DNA of 63,930 bases, counting the filler, from Phoronis australis (Eukaryota > Animalia > Phoronida), in NCBI GenBank assembly GCA_002633005.1. It is 7 parts of 7 records of this genome, joined end to end, with 100 filler letters (N's around TTAATTAATTAA, not from the genome) between each part and the next. Parts side by side here need not be neighbours in the genome. Positions count along the whole stretch, not along the records: positions 35,953 to 57,663 come from NMRA01000610.1; 6 more parts are not named here. One strand, written 5' to 3'. Shown one piece after another: positions 36,521 to 51,400 of the stretch. The notes beneath the pieces are model-generated. The model did not search any database and was not told the DNA's origin. It saw only the letters and a program-made list of their open reading frames with translations. A program made the translations under genes and the position numbers. How positions within the stretch are numbered: position 1 is the stretch's first letter; each line of letters begins with the position of its first letter.

Positions 36521-37793
36521 TGAGGAGTAAGCTGTTACAAGAGGAGTTAGTTGCACTAATTTAAATAGCATCCAGACAGCCCCAAGCGACAACTCGTTCC
36601 AGGAGTAAGTTGTTCTGTAAGTCTGTGTGGACAGCACTTACAACATATTTATTAACTACAAATTCAATTTACAGAAACATGTACATCAATGACCCACATA
36701 GTGGTAACTAGGTCAAGTCAAAATGGCAAAGTTCAAACTAGAATAGATCAAGTTTGCGACTGCACATTTTGCTATTGGAGCAATCAATGAACTCCATTGA
36801 ATCCATTCTTTTAGTGTAGTCAGGAATGCTTAATTGTCCAATCCCAAATCCGAAAAGGATTCCACCCCAGACACGGTTTTCAAAGACGGCACTCCATGGG
36901 GTTTATCGACAACAAGCTCGTGACAAAACATCAAACATTCGTTGAGTACCAATATGTAGAATACAGTAAAACTGGCTCATGTCTGATCTAACATGACTGG
37001 GAGATTTTATGACAGTAAGGGGAATTCTGACCTATTTGACAGGGTGATTGCACGGAATAGAACAACTGTACTGTGGAACTTAGTCCGAGTTGAGGGAAAA
37101 TCGAACTTGAGCGTGTCAGACTCGTGCGAGTTTTACTGTACTTTCAAATGAGATGAAACAAATGTACACAGCACCCAACTGACATTGATGACATTAAGCA
37201 ATACAATACCGCCAATGCATAAGTCATGAACTACATATTAAGATTGTTAGATGGCCTTGGTTGCTTGTCCTAATGATGATGTTTGAAAATTTGAAACATT
37301 TTGAAATTGAAAAATCTTGTTTTTATCACAATAGCAACAAATCAGGTTAACAACATTTGTTTGCATACATCATTCCATTCAACAAGACCCATCGCCACCT
37401 GTATTGCATACGAGTTGATTTCGTTACAGCAAATTTACCCTTGTAAACTTTTGCGAGGGTTCGTTATTATACAATTCATAAATTTAGCAGGACGGTGCAG
37501 TACAGGTATTTAAACAAAAGTGTTCATTGAGTGCACAGTAGATTAACGCAAGTCTTCAAGGAGCCACCTAAGTTCATGAAACGACATCAGTTTTGCCTTG
37601 TGAGATATCGCCACGCATTACAACCTAATCATGTGATTGCAACAACTTGCGAAATTCTTGCATCTATGTAATGCAGCCCCGAGTTGTGCCCCTCATGACT
37701 CCGTCTACATTTTGATCGTGAGGATTTTCCTCACTGTGGATCCACAATCCAGCTAGCATACCCCACCTCCACCTGTTGGCAGGCTGTTGCTTA

Positions 37794-40700
37794 TCACCTG
37801 ACTGTGGTCTCGTACTGATAGATGTCAATAATGTCACTGACAATGGACTTGATGATGTCAATGGTGATGTCATCAGATAGGGCCTGAAACAAGAAACCAG
37901 GAAAATAATAAGAGCATCCAGAAAAATGGCAATCGGTCTTAAATTATGCAACGCATGCAGTTTTAGATACAGAAACTCTCAGAAAGGCAAAACAAAAAGG
38001 GATTGATTACTGTTATTCTTACGACGCCTAATATCTGCTGTCTGACAGACGTCTGATCAGGTGCCACCTAAAATTCACACATGAACATCGAATTAGAGTG
38101 CAGAACACACAACACAGGTTCCTGTTTATTTGCAGACTGAGCTAGAAAAATGCATTGCATAATCAACCTACTTTTCAAAATGTCAATCACCCTTCAGTTT
38201 AATTATTTAGAAATAAAATGTATTAAAAAAAAATAAAAACCCTTCAGTTTAGTAAGGGCTGTTCCAGCAAAATCTGTGTGGGAGGGGGGGAAGGCAACTG
38301 AAATAAAAATTTATGGGTGGTTGCATTTGATTTAAATTCAAAATGGCTGGTGGTCGTACTTCAAAAAAATAAAAATTTACAAGTCGTTGTTGTTTCATTG
38401 GGCCATAAATGTTTGATGGTGGGTAATTTTAGTAAATTTTATAAACAATCTGCACAGAATCAAAAACTGAAACAAAAATGCAACTTGCAAAAAGCTCCGA
38501 CTTTTTCACTCCCTCCGATCTCCTCATCGGCATGCCCATAACACCATTTAACCACAGGTGCTCGAATTTNNNNNNNNNNNNTATTTCAGGATGGGCCTAT
38601 AAGTTTACAAACTACACAAAGCCAAGTCTCCACTCACCTGCCACCATTTGGTCTGAGACTCCCTGTCGTACGGAACTGGTATTCCATGACACTCCATGGC
38701 TAGAAATATCACACTAACTGCAATGTGCTCAGCCCTGTACTTCAGGCAGATGTCACCATGGTAACTGTCTCTAAGCAACGACCAAGCAGTCTGGGAGAGA
38801 CTGGGCGTCAGTTTCTCAACACTGGTGTCAATCCAGTTTGACAGGGTGGTCAAGTAGTGCAACATGAACTGGAAGGACATGAACAACGTGGAATACAGAG
38901 ACCGAGTATGATCAGATTATGAACAATGTAGGTTACAGGGACAGAGTATGACGAGAACATGAACAATTTAGGTTACAGGACTGGGTATGATCAAAGCATG
39001 AACAACCTAGTTTACAGGGACTGAGTATGATCAGACCATGAACAATGTAGGTAACAGGACCAAGTATGATAGAGTATGATCAGACCATGGACGACCTACG
39101 TAACAGAGACCGAGTAGGAACAAACCATGAACAACCTATGTTGCACAGAACAAGTATTATCAGATCAAGAACAATGAAGGTTACAGGTTACGGGGACCGG
39201 ATATGATCAAAGCATGACCAGAGACCAGTTATGATCAGAATATGGTCCATGAAAGCAAAATCATGATGGAAGACGCTCCAAATTATCATAATTTCAGAGA
39301 CAAGTTTACAGGCACTTTTAAATATTGTCACAAATATAATTTAAGGGAAAACTCAGATAATGTGTTACTAATGAGCAAAATGAGCAAATCAAGAAAACAA
39401 CTCAGGCAAAGTGTGAAGGCATGAGTGCTCAGTGAGGATCAGAACTCAGGCAAATTGTGAAGGCACGAGTGCTCAGTGAGGATCAGAACTCACAGGGATG
39501 TTCAAATAGAAACATACAAGAAATTACATGTGGACTTTGATTGATGAACATGCAGATGTTAGAAAGTGAGTGCTCAACAGTGAATTGACACTATCAGGAG
39601 GTTGTTGTTATGTGTCTGAGTGATGAACTAACCTTATGAGGGTGGTAGAAAGACACTTGGAACTTGAGCGCTCTCATTAAAAATAGTTCAGTGTTGGCCA
39701 CGGCATCCCTGAATGACCAGTACTTCTCACCAATGTCCAGTGGGTCACTGTTTGGATGTAGCGTCCTGGCCAACATAGGGAAGAAGACCGTGAAAACATA
39801 TATGTACATATTACCTGGTAATAGAGAACTGTTATAGAGAACTGCTACAATGGAGACGTAGAGTGCCAAATAATTTTACTTTTTTATTGCTAAATAATTG
39901 GACCAATCTCTAAGATTGTCAAAAACAAAATTGGTTATCGGTATTTCTGCTGTTTTCCCAGAACGTTTCTGAACAACTTGACCTTAAAAGGATACCAAAC
40001 ATGGTTTTCGCCAATTAAAAGATATTAAAAACGACTTTGCCACCAATTCTCCAAGACAAAGTAATGTCTGTAACCCTTGACAACCCTCAAAAGTTTGTAG
40101 GAAAATTTGAAAACTCCTTTCAAAGTCTGCTAAGTAGGCAAGCGTGACCCACGCTTTTAGCGAGTTAGGCGCCATCTGTGGGAAAAACCACCCACCAAGA
40201 ACTATCCAATCTGAGACAAAGGAAGTATGAATACTTAGTTATTTCCAGCTATATATTTCAAGATTGACACCAAAGATGCCTTATTAAGTGACACAACGAG
40301 GATAGGTTGAAATCATCAGAACAGGATTTAGTATCCTTTAAGAATATACACAGCATAGCATTCAAATGTGTTGACTTCACAAAAGAATCCTGTCCAAAAC
40401 CAGCATCACACTGTATAACTGTCAATATTCGGGTAACAACGCCTTTGTACAAGCTGATTAATTTCACAATTAATGCACCTTTTGGGTCTACAGCACACTA
40501 ACGGAAACGAGTGGACAGCCTGTTTTTGCATAATATGGTATTCATACAATTTTTTATACTCTCGCATATTAATCTACTCATCTCACCTGTGGCTCACATT
40601 GATGACATCTCTCAACTTGAGGTGTTCTTCTTCCACCTTTCCAGCCAAATAAATGGCTGTCGTCGCCATCAACTACAATGTTAACGCAATACAGAGCTAA

Positions 40701-43700
40701 CACAAGCTTCTTATCTCCCACGAACAACAGTACAGTTCAGAAATACAATTTCGTTTTCTAAAAATAAATCAACTAGTTTTCCTACACGATACCGTCATGT
40801 TGGAGAAAATTTGAATTTAGTGACTACTGGCAGGCTCAGAATGACTAACCAGTCAATACTAATCACCTCACAGACTAAACCGTCTCGCATTACTGCCACC
40901 TGGTGGTAGAAATTTCCTTCTTCCTGTAAGTTTCTCATATTCACATGACATGATGATTGTACAGTAAATGACAAAAGTAACCACCAGACAAAAGACTGTT
41001 TCCACAACATGACAGCTTGTAGCAAAAATGACTAGTACTGGCAGTTATGGCAGTAAATTTCAAATTACGAAATGATTTAGCCACCTTGCCAACCTTCCTG
41101 TAAAGTACTCTTTTTTAATATTTTTATTTTGCTCTAGCATGACAATTACATGTCACATAAAACAATACAGTATACATCGTTTATAAAGAATAAGATTAAA
41201 TCATTAGTCAACAAGAACCGTATTTCCTTCAGGATGTAATTTAATAAAGTTGATGAACAATTGGAAATTAAGGTTTTTTTAACAAACTTTTGGCTAAATA
41301 TATAATTTTTTGCTAGCATGATCAACAGATTGATGTTACGATTTTCTGACTGAATGTTTCCCAAAAAAAACAAAAAAAACACTGCTATCTTGTCCACACA
41401 TGAAAATTTACATGATATGTTTGTTTTAACCACTCAGCAAACAGGAGCCAGAAACCGGAGACAAGACGACATTCCCAAAAGAGATGGAGAAGTTTCCCTG
41501 TGTTCACCACAGAAAGAGCATAGATCACTTGTTTTTATTTCAATTTTATGTAAATAATTATTAGTTGGTAATATTCTACGAATAAAGTGGTATTGAAACC
41601 AATGCAACTTTGTATCTTTTGTACAATTGAAGGGGAGTTTATTTACTTTTCTCCACCACGTATCAGAGTCACTAAAATTTACATTTATTTATAACACCGT
41701 TTATATCTATCTCAGATGACCACTTGTTTTATTTATAAGCTGTGTGAAGTGACTGTACTAAGGTGTCATAAATATTTACCTTTTGTGATTTGTTATGTAA
41801 AATTTTATAAGAAATAACTAAGAAAATTTGGAGTATTGGAGGTTGAAAGTTATAACTATTACAGAGTTGTTCGTATGACATAAAAGAACCTTCAGCATTA
41901 AACAAATCACAAACACGGCAGACTCCCCTTTCATACCAGGTCTTGTAGAAAATAGATTTTCTACCAACTTTAATCTTTGAACTATACCACAGGGGAGAGT
42001 AAATAATATTTTCATTTTTGTCACAAATTTGAAACAGGAGCACAAGATCGCTTAAAACTTCCTTCCACAAGAGATTGTTGGTTCCTTCAGCTATTTTTTA
42101 AGGAAAATGTCTCCCATTTTAAAAAAGTTATCAACTTTACAACCCAAAACTACCTCTGCAAGGTCACGTATGGTATTTGAGGTGAATAGTTTACGAAGCC
42201 ACGCTATTTTCAAAGACTTAATAAAAAAACTAACATGAACCATTTTTAAACCACCATGATCCTGATTTTGTACAATTTCATTTCGGCTAACTCTGTCATT
42301 CTTCCCATTCCAAATGAAGCCAAAGAAAACTCGCTCTAATTCTTGAATCATGTCAATGGAGGGGACAGGGAGATATTGAAGCAAATGAACAATCTTGGGC
42401 AATAAAAGTGTCTTAACCACGGTTATTTTACTTAAAACAGTAAGAATTCTTCTTGACCAAGAGCCCACCATTTTCTTAATTTCCAAAAGCCTGCAACAGT
42501 ACCCGGCACTGTATTATAATCCATGGAGAAGTTGATTGCCAAAAACAAGAAAGGTTTGTTGGTCCATAACAGGTTCTCATTGACAAAGTTTTTCGTCAGA
42601 GTCTTTTCTTGAACCAATCCAAACACATCTTGTTTGTAAAGTACTCTTAATTCTCAGGCATGATGGAAGGCCACTCAGTTGATGGAATTGGCTTCAACCC
42701 AGATTATATGATATGACATGCACACGCGTAATTTCACACCTAGTTTTGTTGATTTCAGAGATAATGTTATAATTTTTTTCCTAAACTAAAGGTATATGTT
42801 AGTAAGAGAATGCTAACATTTCCTCAAATTCGAACAAAGAGAATGGCCAAAATAGTCATTATTTCATTTTCAGACACTCACTGTATTGCTAAAAATGTTC
42901 AAAATTTCATCGTACCTTTGTTTATGATAGCCATACTATACAAAGCTTTCGAATAATCAGGTAAAATTGTCTTCTTGTTTACTCTTGTTAAAAATGTTGA
43001 TCAAATGAAATGCCGCCATATTATAATTTAATTTGAAGAAACTACAGTACTTAGCTAAAACTAAAAAGTATCACCACAGCGTGCATCAGAGAAATTCATG
43101 TTACGCAGCAATAGAGATGACAACATCGACTATGGGAAGAATGCGGAGCCAAATTTAATACTTACATAAGGGTCATAATCCTCCAGATTGTACTGTTTGA
43201 AGAACTTATGATAAATGGTACATGCTGTGGCTAGAGGCACTGATGTCATGTGTAGTTTGATAGCTGGAGAAGATTAAGACAAATATAAGACATTGAGGAA
43301 ATGGAGTCTTAAGAACTCTTCAGTTCAGTTTGAATGATCTCGAATGAAATTTTCATTTTACAGCAATGAAACAAATCTACTGACAGACATTTCTACAATG
43401 GAGAAATTTTGGGCACGCGGAGATTAGAAATAGAGGTTTCCTCGACCTGATGCTACTGACAGCCAATAAATGCATCGTACGAAGTATTGTGCAGAGGTCT
43501 GAGGGGCTAGATGAGTCAACTTCACTGCTCCTTTTGAGACCAATTGTAAGCAGATTAACATACACCACAATGGCATTACATAGAGAATTCTATAATAGTT
43601 CATACTACAACCACTAGGTGTCTCTGTAGCTAGCTTCCCACCATTGTCTTAGTGACTACACATTGATATTACATAGAGGTAGGGATTATCACCTTTTCCA

Positions 43701-44237
43701 CGAGTATTCACTTTATATCCCGTTTATAGTACATGTCATTACCCTTGAGCTATACAGTAAGCATTCTCTTTACTTGTACTTCTAGGTCTCCATCATTCTT
43801 TCAATAAAGGTTGAAAAGAAATGACGAATGTTTATCTATTACATGCCTTTCCCTAGCTGCAATAACCACAAATTCTGTCAGGTAAAAATTAAATTTGGTC
43901 TGTCCATCATGGTGACCATTTATATTCATATTATAATGCAATAATTCTTCATTAATTATACAGCGGGCATTCTAATTAAAAAATTTTTCTTTCATGTTGC
44001 ATTAACAGTTCCGCAGTGTGACAATAACTGAATTCCAATTTAATAATTTGATAAACAAAAACACATGCCTAAGTCCCAAAAAAGAGCTTTTTAATAAAAA
44101 AATTTTTTAAGGGCCCAAGGGACGCTGATGTCGTAAGTACGCACTTCGATTTGAACACTGTATTTGCGATCCTTACCACATTCACTAATGAAGCGAATTA
44201 CTTTGAAATGAAGAAAGGCGTCTCTGTTAATCTCCAT
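37794..44237 (-). CDS. CCNQ: Cyclin-Q (FAM58A/cyclin M), complete CDS, 6 exons
   Basis: Exons 44177-44237 (alternative ATG 44249), 43166-43263, 40587-40672, 39633-39765, 38638-38868, 37794-37883; [55 protein letters not shown]; all GT-AG and in frame. Confidence 0.93.
38878..39245. repeat. ~39-40-bp minisatellite in CCNQ intron 4
   Basis: Units catgaacaa..taggttacaggga.cgagtatgatcaga. Confidence 0.85.
39400..39493. repeat. 2 x 44-bp tandem duplication
   Basis: actcaggcaaa.tgtgaaggca.gagtgctcagtgaggatcaga twice. Confidence 0.9.
41146..42635 (-). mobile_element. L1/Tx1-like LINE 3' remnant in CCNQ intron 2
   Basis: [58 protein letters not shown]; fragmented. Confidence 0.8.
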
Positions 44238-45433
44238 CTTAGCACACATTAGAGCAACACAGCAGCAGTCATCAGAGAGTGGCCAATACTGAAAAATCAA
44301 CAAAAGAGCAGACGTGTATTAGAACAACATGAATGTACTCGTCAGTCAGCATCCGGTGCAAATGAACAACAAAAGCAGAGAATAAAAAAACCCGTTCATA
44401 CGCAAGGTTGAACCAATTGAAAACTTGAATATTTTGTTTTCTTTTGGCCCTAAAAGTACGTAAAATATGGATAAGTCCGAAACAATTAGCCGTCCTATAG
44501 TGTATCGAGATAAGTTTCCATACGTACTTGAAACACTACTAATCACAGGCGTCCTAAGCTTCTGGTCATCCCTAATACACTATACAAATAATAGTAAAAT
44601 GTCTGACACTCAGGAGGTTGTTACAGATGGATAACGGCAATTGCCGGTTCATCACAAATGGTTACTTAAATTAATTTTATCGGGCGATTCCATACTTGAT
44701 CTTGAACGGACTCACGTGACCCGGCATATACGACTACAGGAGTTGCGCTGCACTGGCTTTTTGGGAAGATTTTTGTATTTTGATCACAAATTTGTTGCAA
44801 GCTCGCTGGAGCAGGACGCTCTAAAGGTAAATCAGGAGAAAGAACAATTGCTAATGGTTTGCTGAATCCCCGTTTTCTGTAACTTTATGGAGATTTGTGT
44901 TTGATATAGACCGCTGAAAGTGAAGTGAAGCACCCGTAGAATGCCTGTCTAGAGAGTCAAACCTTTCAGTATTATATACAGTGTGTTGGAACGATCAGAA
45001 GCTAAAAACGCCTGTGCTATAACCAGGCTAAGTCAACATGACTTAGTTATGTTGAACGTAAGCGATATGCTCACGGCTTTCGGCTGCTGGACGAGTTGAT
45101 TAACTGATCACGTAAATTAAGAGCAAATCCAAGTCATAATCTTGAATGAATATGGGTTGGCATCAGAATTATTATGAAAAATGTTTTTTGTAGACTTTTG
45201 TACAAAGGTGCTTTGCCTGATGTGCAAAATGAAGAAAAAAAATTATTACCCTACGAGAGCCTACCGCTACATTTCATGGAGGTCGCCATTGCATCTCAAA
45301 CTGAGGCTGAGCATGCGCATTGGTGTAAATAAACCGCCATCATTCGAAAAGTTATATTTACAAGCAGCGGATTACGTCTTCGTTAAAGTTGATATTTATT
45401 GTTAACGTGCAATTAAGAAAGTGATCTGGAGCA

Positions 45434-48400
45434 ATGGTTACTGTTCTTGTAAGTATAGGCTGATGCTGATGGCGTTTTAATGTCACTTGACCGATATGAC
45501 TGTGATGCAGTTGTTCTGCAAGCGAAAATCTCGTCAACACGTCAGCCGAGTCCCGAGTGCTCAAGTCAGATGGCCAGTCAGCTGGCCGAGTTCGTTGACA
45601 CAATGGTGAACTTTGTGTAGGGCCTATGGAAAGCAGCCCTCGATTTTAACTGCTTATTTGTATAAATTATTTGTTAATCATTGAAAATCAATTTCATCTC
45701 ACCGAATATTCAATACGCAGTGGCGGATCTAGGATATCATGAAAAGGGGGGCCCAACATTTCGTCTTGGGCAATTGCGCAAAGCACGATTGCATGCACGC
45801 ACCCAGCCTGTAACATAGGGAGGCTTAAATTACTGGACCTTCTACTAAAAAACAAACAGAGGACTAAAAAAAAACAAGAAAAGGATTGCACAGGTCATTT
45901 GAGGCGGACACTTGTAATGGGCTTATGGGGTCTGAGGCTCTGAGCCCCCCCCCCTCAGCCGCATATTAATTACCAGGGTTAATTTATTAATGAACTCAAT
46001 ATTTCATCAAGCTCTTGCTATTTAATTTTTTGCAGCAGCGGAGGGGGCCCACACCTCCCCCCCCCCTTAAATCCACCTATGACACAATAGTATTGGATTT
46101 AATTCAGTGGAAACAACTGGTTCTCATCTTTTCTGGACAATGTAGACAGTCATAACTGTCCATACAGCATTGGCAGCTAGTTTTGTTTAGCACCAAAGAT
46201 GTTAGTACCTAGTCCTATACAATATTATTGTCCTAGCCGCTGCCAAGTGGAGGGATGACATAATGGGGGGGAACGGCCCAGAGATATATGACGAGTATAT
46301 TTATCTGGAAAGTCTTGCAGGGCTCGACATAACGAGCTGCAGGTCGCATTTGCGACCTGAAATTTGGAAATGCGAGCTGAGATTTTTGTCAGGTTGTATC
46401 AAATCGCAAAATGCGACCTGGAATTTCCAACGAATGCGAGCTGAGTTTTTACACTTCTCAACAGATACCTGGCAAATACAAAGCAGCTCTTGTTAATCCG
46501 ACCGTTATTTGGTTGTTGCCAATTCCAAGTTCAAAAGAACACTAACCGAGAACAGCCCTTCCGATGACTTGTAAGCAAGTCGCGTGAACATGGGATATGC
46601 AGAATCGATCTTTGACGCGTTTCATTGGCTAACACTTTCGGCCACTTTTGTAAATTCCCGGATTCGCCGAAGAAAGTTTCGGGCCACTGCTTTACACGTG
46701 ATAAAACTTCACAAAATAACGGTGTTTCTATTAATTCTTAAGCGATCAACTTACCAAACTTTGTGGTGNNNNNNNNNNNNNNNNNNNNNNNNNNNNNNNN
46801 NNNNNNNNNNNNNNNNNNNNNNNNNNNNNNNNNNNNNNNNNNNNNNNNNNNNNNNNNNNNNNNNNNNNNNNNNNNNNNNNNNNNNNNNNNNNNNNNNNNN
46901 NNNNNNNNNNNNNNNNNNNNNNNNNNNNNNNNNNNNNNNNNNNNNNNNNNNNNNNNNNNNNNNNNNNNNNNNNNNNNNNNNNNNNNNNNNNNNNNNNNNN
47001 NNNNNNNNNNNNNNNNNNNNNNNNNNNNNNNNNNNNNNNNNNNNNNNNNNNNNNNNNNNNNNNNNNNNNNNNNNNNNNNNNNNNNNNNNNNNNNNNNNNN
47101 NNNNNNNNNNNNNNNNNNNNNNNNNNNNNNNNNNNNNNNNNNNNNNNNNNNNNNNNNNNNNNNNNNNNNNNNNNNNNNNNNNNNNNNNNNNNNNNNNNNN
47201 NNNNNNNNNNNNNNNNNNNNNNNNNNNNNNNNNNNNNNNNNNNNNNNNNNNNNNNNNNNNNNNNNNNNNNNNNNNNNNNNNNNNNNNNNNNNNNNNNNNN
47301 NNNNNNNNNNNNNNNNNNNNNNNNNNNNNNNNNNNNNNNNNNNNNGCTAGCGCCCATCATAGCGCACTACAAACGACCGCGTGTGGTTTAAAATTGACAC
47401 GCAGCTTATATGGTGTGTCACTTTCATTTTACACAACTTGAGTTTTCAAAAACGTCTTTTCACAATATGTAAAAACCAAATCCCAGCTTTGTTTTATGCT
47501 TCGGAAAGAAAGTTAACACTAGTGACATGCGTGTCGTTTTGTGACTGACCTATTTTTTCCGTACTTGGAAGTTATTGAAGAGCAAACTCGCCGTTACCCA
47601 AGTTAGTTTGAATCTTTAACGACTTTGAGGACAGCCAGTAGCAGGCTAGATCTTACAAAATCCCGGATACTTTTTCAACGGGCATTTTCTCCCTTTTCAC
47701 ATCGCAAATTTAGCTACTCGAATGCACAAGTCAGTTAGAGAGCACTGATTCAACTTTCACGTCGGCAACTTTGATGCCTTGCGCTCTAGAGTCTTGCAAT
47801 GGCTGTCATGAAGGACAGTAAGGCCGTACCTGCATGAATGAAGTCAATTTTGAGATCCGAAATTTGTGAGTATTTAACACTGCAGGTAAGAGCATAATCT
47901 AAACATTTTCTCGATGATCTAAAAAATCTATTTTGGCTCGTAAAAATGGCTGGAAAATTTTGCGACCTGGCATTTACTAATGCGAGCTGGATTTTGAAAA
48001 TGCGACCTGGGATTTTGGCTAGGTCGCAAAATGCGACCTGGCGATTTTAATAGCGTCGAGCCCTGTCTTGAACTGGACTCTTGAAGCATGTGCACTTCCA
48101 CTTTGAAATGGAATTTTCATGTTCAGTCACAACCAAAGATATCAAGCTCCGATGTCGTTTAACAACCCAGCGTTTGACACGCTTCACAAAGTTTTGATTT
48201 TAAATAGTTTTAGTCTCGAAAAGAAGGTGCAAATTTAGTGTCAGCCTTTTATTCGGTTACCGAGAAGACGCATCCAGTAGCATGCAGAAAAATGGGGGGA
48301 AAACATCCAATCGCTATGAATAAACTTTTTGAAATTGCGACTGATTTGTAGTTTACTTTTGTTAGTACTAGGTTACATGCATTTGAGCAAACAAAGGAGC

Positions 48401-51400
48401 ATCCAATAAAAATCACCTCTGGGATCGACAAACCTCTGCATGTTGCTGGACGCATTCAATCATTTATAGTTTGACAAAGTACTGAACCAATGTCATAGAC
48501 TGCATTTTAATACCAATGTACATGTTTGCATTTGAAAATTATTTTGATTAAATTGTTTGGAACACGACTTCATTTTGTGTCGATTTTGGCTCTCGGTCAC
48601 TGTTTACCAAATCCAACAAATAACATTGCGCAAATTAATTGCATTTTAAATGACTGAGTGTCAAGTTCGGGACAGGCACCTGTCTCAGGTTCATGAAAAT
48701 AGCCTGGCCTTGCAATAAACATAGTAGGTCCAGTGCTATGCTTCTATAAGGTATGCTTGTGCCAATGAAGATAAAAACAATGCATTTTCATTTCTTCTAA
48801 TACATAAAAAGTCCAAAAGTGCCCAGGTAGTTGCTACTGGGAGACGAGAGTCCCAGATTTTGAGAGCTGTAATTTCATCGGAACTGAATTAAATAACAAC
48901 CGGGTGTTAATTCATTGATTGGCTGATTCTCAAATCAAAAATCAAGGACCACCTAAAGTGACTATTCTGTGAGGCTGCAAAGCTTCTCAATAGGAGAGAT
49001 ACTGACAAGGATGTCAATGTGAAACTGGCTGATGCTAAGGGGCGTAATACACCACAAAGACAGTGTTATCTTAACCCCCCCCCAAGTCAACAGTAATCCT
49101 AACTTCACCAGTGACCTACATGACTTTAAAATCATTTGATTTGTCGAAGTCTTTACAAGTTTCAGTTTTAACCCCTAACATTACAGGTTGGCACATAGGT
49201 TGTTGACATGTCATGTATGATATCCATAGATCTGATGGTGAATAAGTTAGGACACCGCAAATGGCCTTTTACATGTTTACCAACTTTATATGTTAAATTG
49301 ACTCGCAGGTGCATGTTGTTCACCAGATAGTACATTACGCGCTTGTTTTGTTTTTAGGAGGACCCAACTCTGGAGCGCCACTTTAAGGGGCACAGAGACA
49401 CCGTGACGAGCCTCTGTTTCAACCCGAACATGAAGCAGCTGGGTGAGTATTGACATCACGAGTGCGCTTAAAGGAACTTAGGGCCGCACCTGTCAGGGCG
49501 TTGTCAGCTGGTACGTGCTGCTGGGAATGATGAGTTTGTATTTTTGTATTCAATTCATGATTTTTAAGAAACTTAATGTGTAACTATATTAAACTATTCT
49601 GGATACTGAGGTGTATGGAGTACTTGCCTCACGCTTTATATTTGTTGCAGCGTCTGGCGCCATGGATTCTTGTCTAATGATTTGGAACTTTAAGCCACAG
49701 ATGAGAGCGTACAGATTTGTGGGACACAAGGTAAGGTCTTCAATTACTGTGAAAAAAGCACAAGAATTTCTTATCCATTATCATCAGTCTATTAACATTT
49801 TAAATTAGAAAAAGACTAGGCAATTGTTTTAATTTCCTGTTTATGAGATTGTGACTTTTCACTGACATGAAATGCCAACCAAGGAACTACCAAGGATTTC
49901 TAAAAGAGCCCCCACCCATAGGGGTTTCTCTAAGAAACAAGGACCAAAAAGCCCCTTTCGCGCTCTTTTTCGGTTGTTTTACATTTCTGGTACGGTACAA
50001 AGGTATGGGAAATTTGGCAAATGTAATTATTTGCTCAAGTTTCTCGATGACTAGTCAATGGAGCCGATTTAAGGTGAGTATTATAGTTGCCAAACTACTG
50101 ATGAAGTCAAACCTGTGTAGTGTTAAAATTTAGGTGGAAAAATTTACTTCCTCTAATGTCACTACCACGGAGTTGAATTTCCTGATCTCAAGTGCAGTCA
50201 ATTATTCATGCTTACAGCACTTTTTTTAAAGTCCACTGCTGAAGAAGGGTACGATACAAGTTTACAAAAGAACCCCGCACCACTTTTTTTCTGAATGAAT
50301 CCCGCCAGCAGTATTTATATTTATTATTTATACTTCATACTCTGTCATTTCAGGATGCTGTAATGTCTGTGTGCTTCTCTCCTTCCGGCCACCTGGTGGC
50401 GTCGGCATCTCGTGATAAGACAGTCCGTCTGTGGATACCCAGTGTGTAAGTATGGAGGTACTCGTCATTCAAGTGTTCGTATGAAATGTGGTGTATTGTT
50501 TCATACAAGGCTTGGAATTTTCCGCGGAAACGCGGATTTTCGCTTTTTTCAAATGTTCTGTCCGCATATTTTATTATATTTCCGCATAAAAAAATCGAAT
50601 TTGATATAAAATTTCCGTGGCAAATTCCTTTCTTACCGCGGCGTTGCAGACGACTTTCACCTAGAAAAGCGAAAGTTGCTCTTATGTTTCGGAGAAACGT
50701 GAATTGTCAACATTGCCGGGGGATCTGGGATAGCGTGGTGTATATTTCAATGGCGTCTCATGTGATTGTAAACCCCGGTGACAAATACTACGACTCTGCA
50801 GCCAAAAATGTGTGGAGGTGGCAGTGGACGGACGAGCTAAAAAGACGCAGACGCACGCTTCTGGGGGTGGTACCGTTTTGTGTCGGCAAAAGGTCCACAT
50901 CGATTATTTCGAGGCTGGGCAACGCGCATGTTTTGGGCCATAAAAGTTTCCGCATTTTTCGTCATTGGTCATTCCAAGCCCTGACTCCAATAGTATTCAG
51001 ACAAAATGACCTGGAGTTCCCCGTCATGGTGGAGGGGCAGACGCCAAATTCATCTTCAGAGTGGTTATCCTTAATGACCGAAAGTTGAGGCGAACTGACA
51101 GGAAGTCTGGTAAGGTGGTTAAGCCGTTGTGTAACTATAATTTTGTCCCCAACAGTCATTACCAGTCATTTCTGCTGTTAATAGTTATCCATCGTGACGG
51201 GAAAACGGTATTTTGTTGTGTACCTGACTGTGTAGATTGTGCTGGTCAAGAGACGCTCCGAAAAGTTCCCTAGATGTACACATCTTGTTATATTTTCTGT
51301 GTTTCCAGGAAAGGTGAATCAACTGTGTTTAAGGCCCACACAGCGACAGTCAGACACGTAGACTTCTCACCTGATGGTCAGTACCTGCTGACCGCCTCCG

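Noticed and set aside
38878-39245. Regularly spaced ~40-bp repeats resembling a CRISPR array
   Set aside because: Whole units are repeated with no unique spacers, no cas genes, and it lies in a eukaryotic intron.
46584-47441. Long ORFs of 195-285 aa
   Set aside because: Made almost entirely of N gap.
50486-51088. 200-aa ORF and its paralogue at 51648-52022
   Set aside because: Chance ORFs across two copies of a MITE in POC1 introns; no domain motifs.
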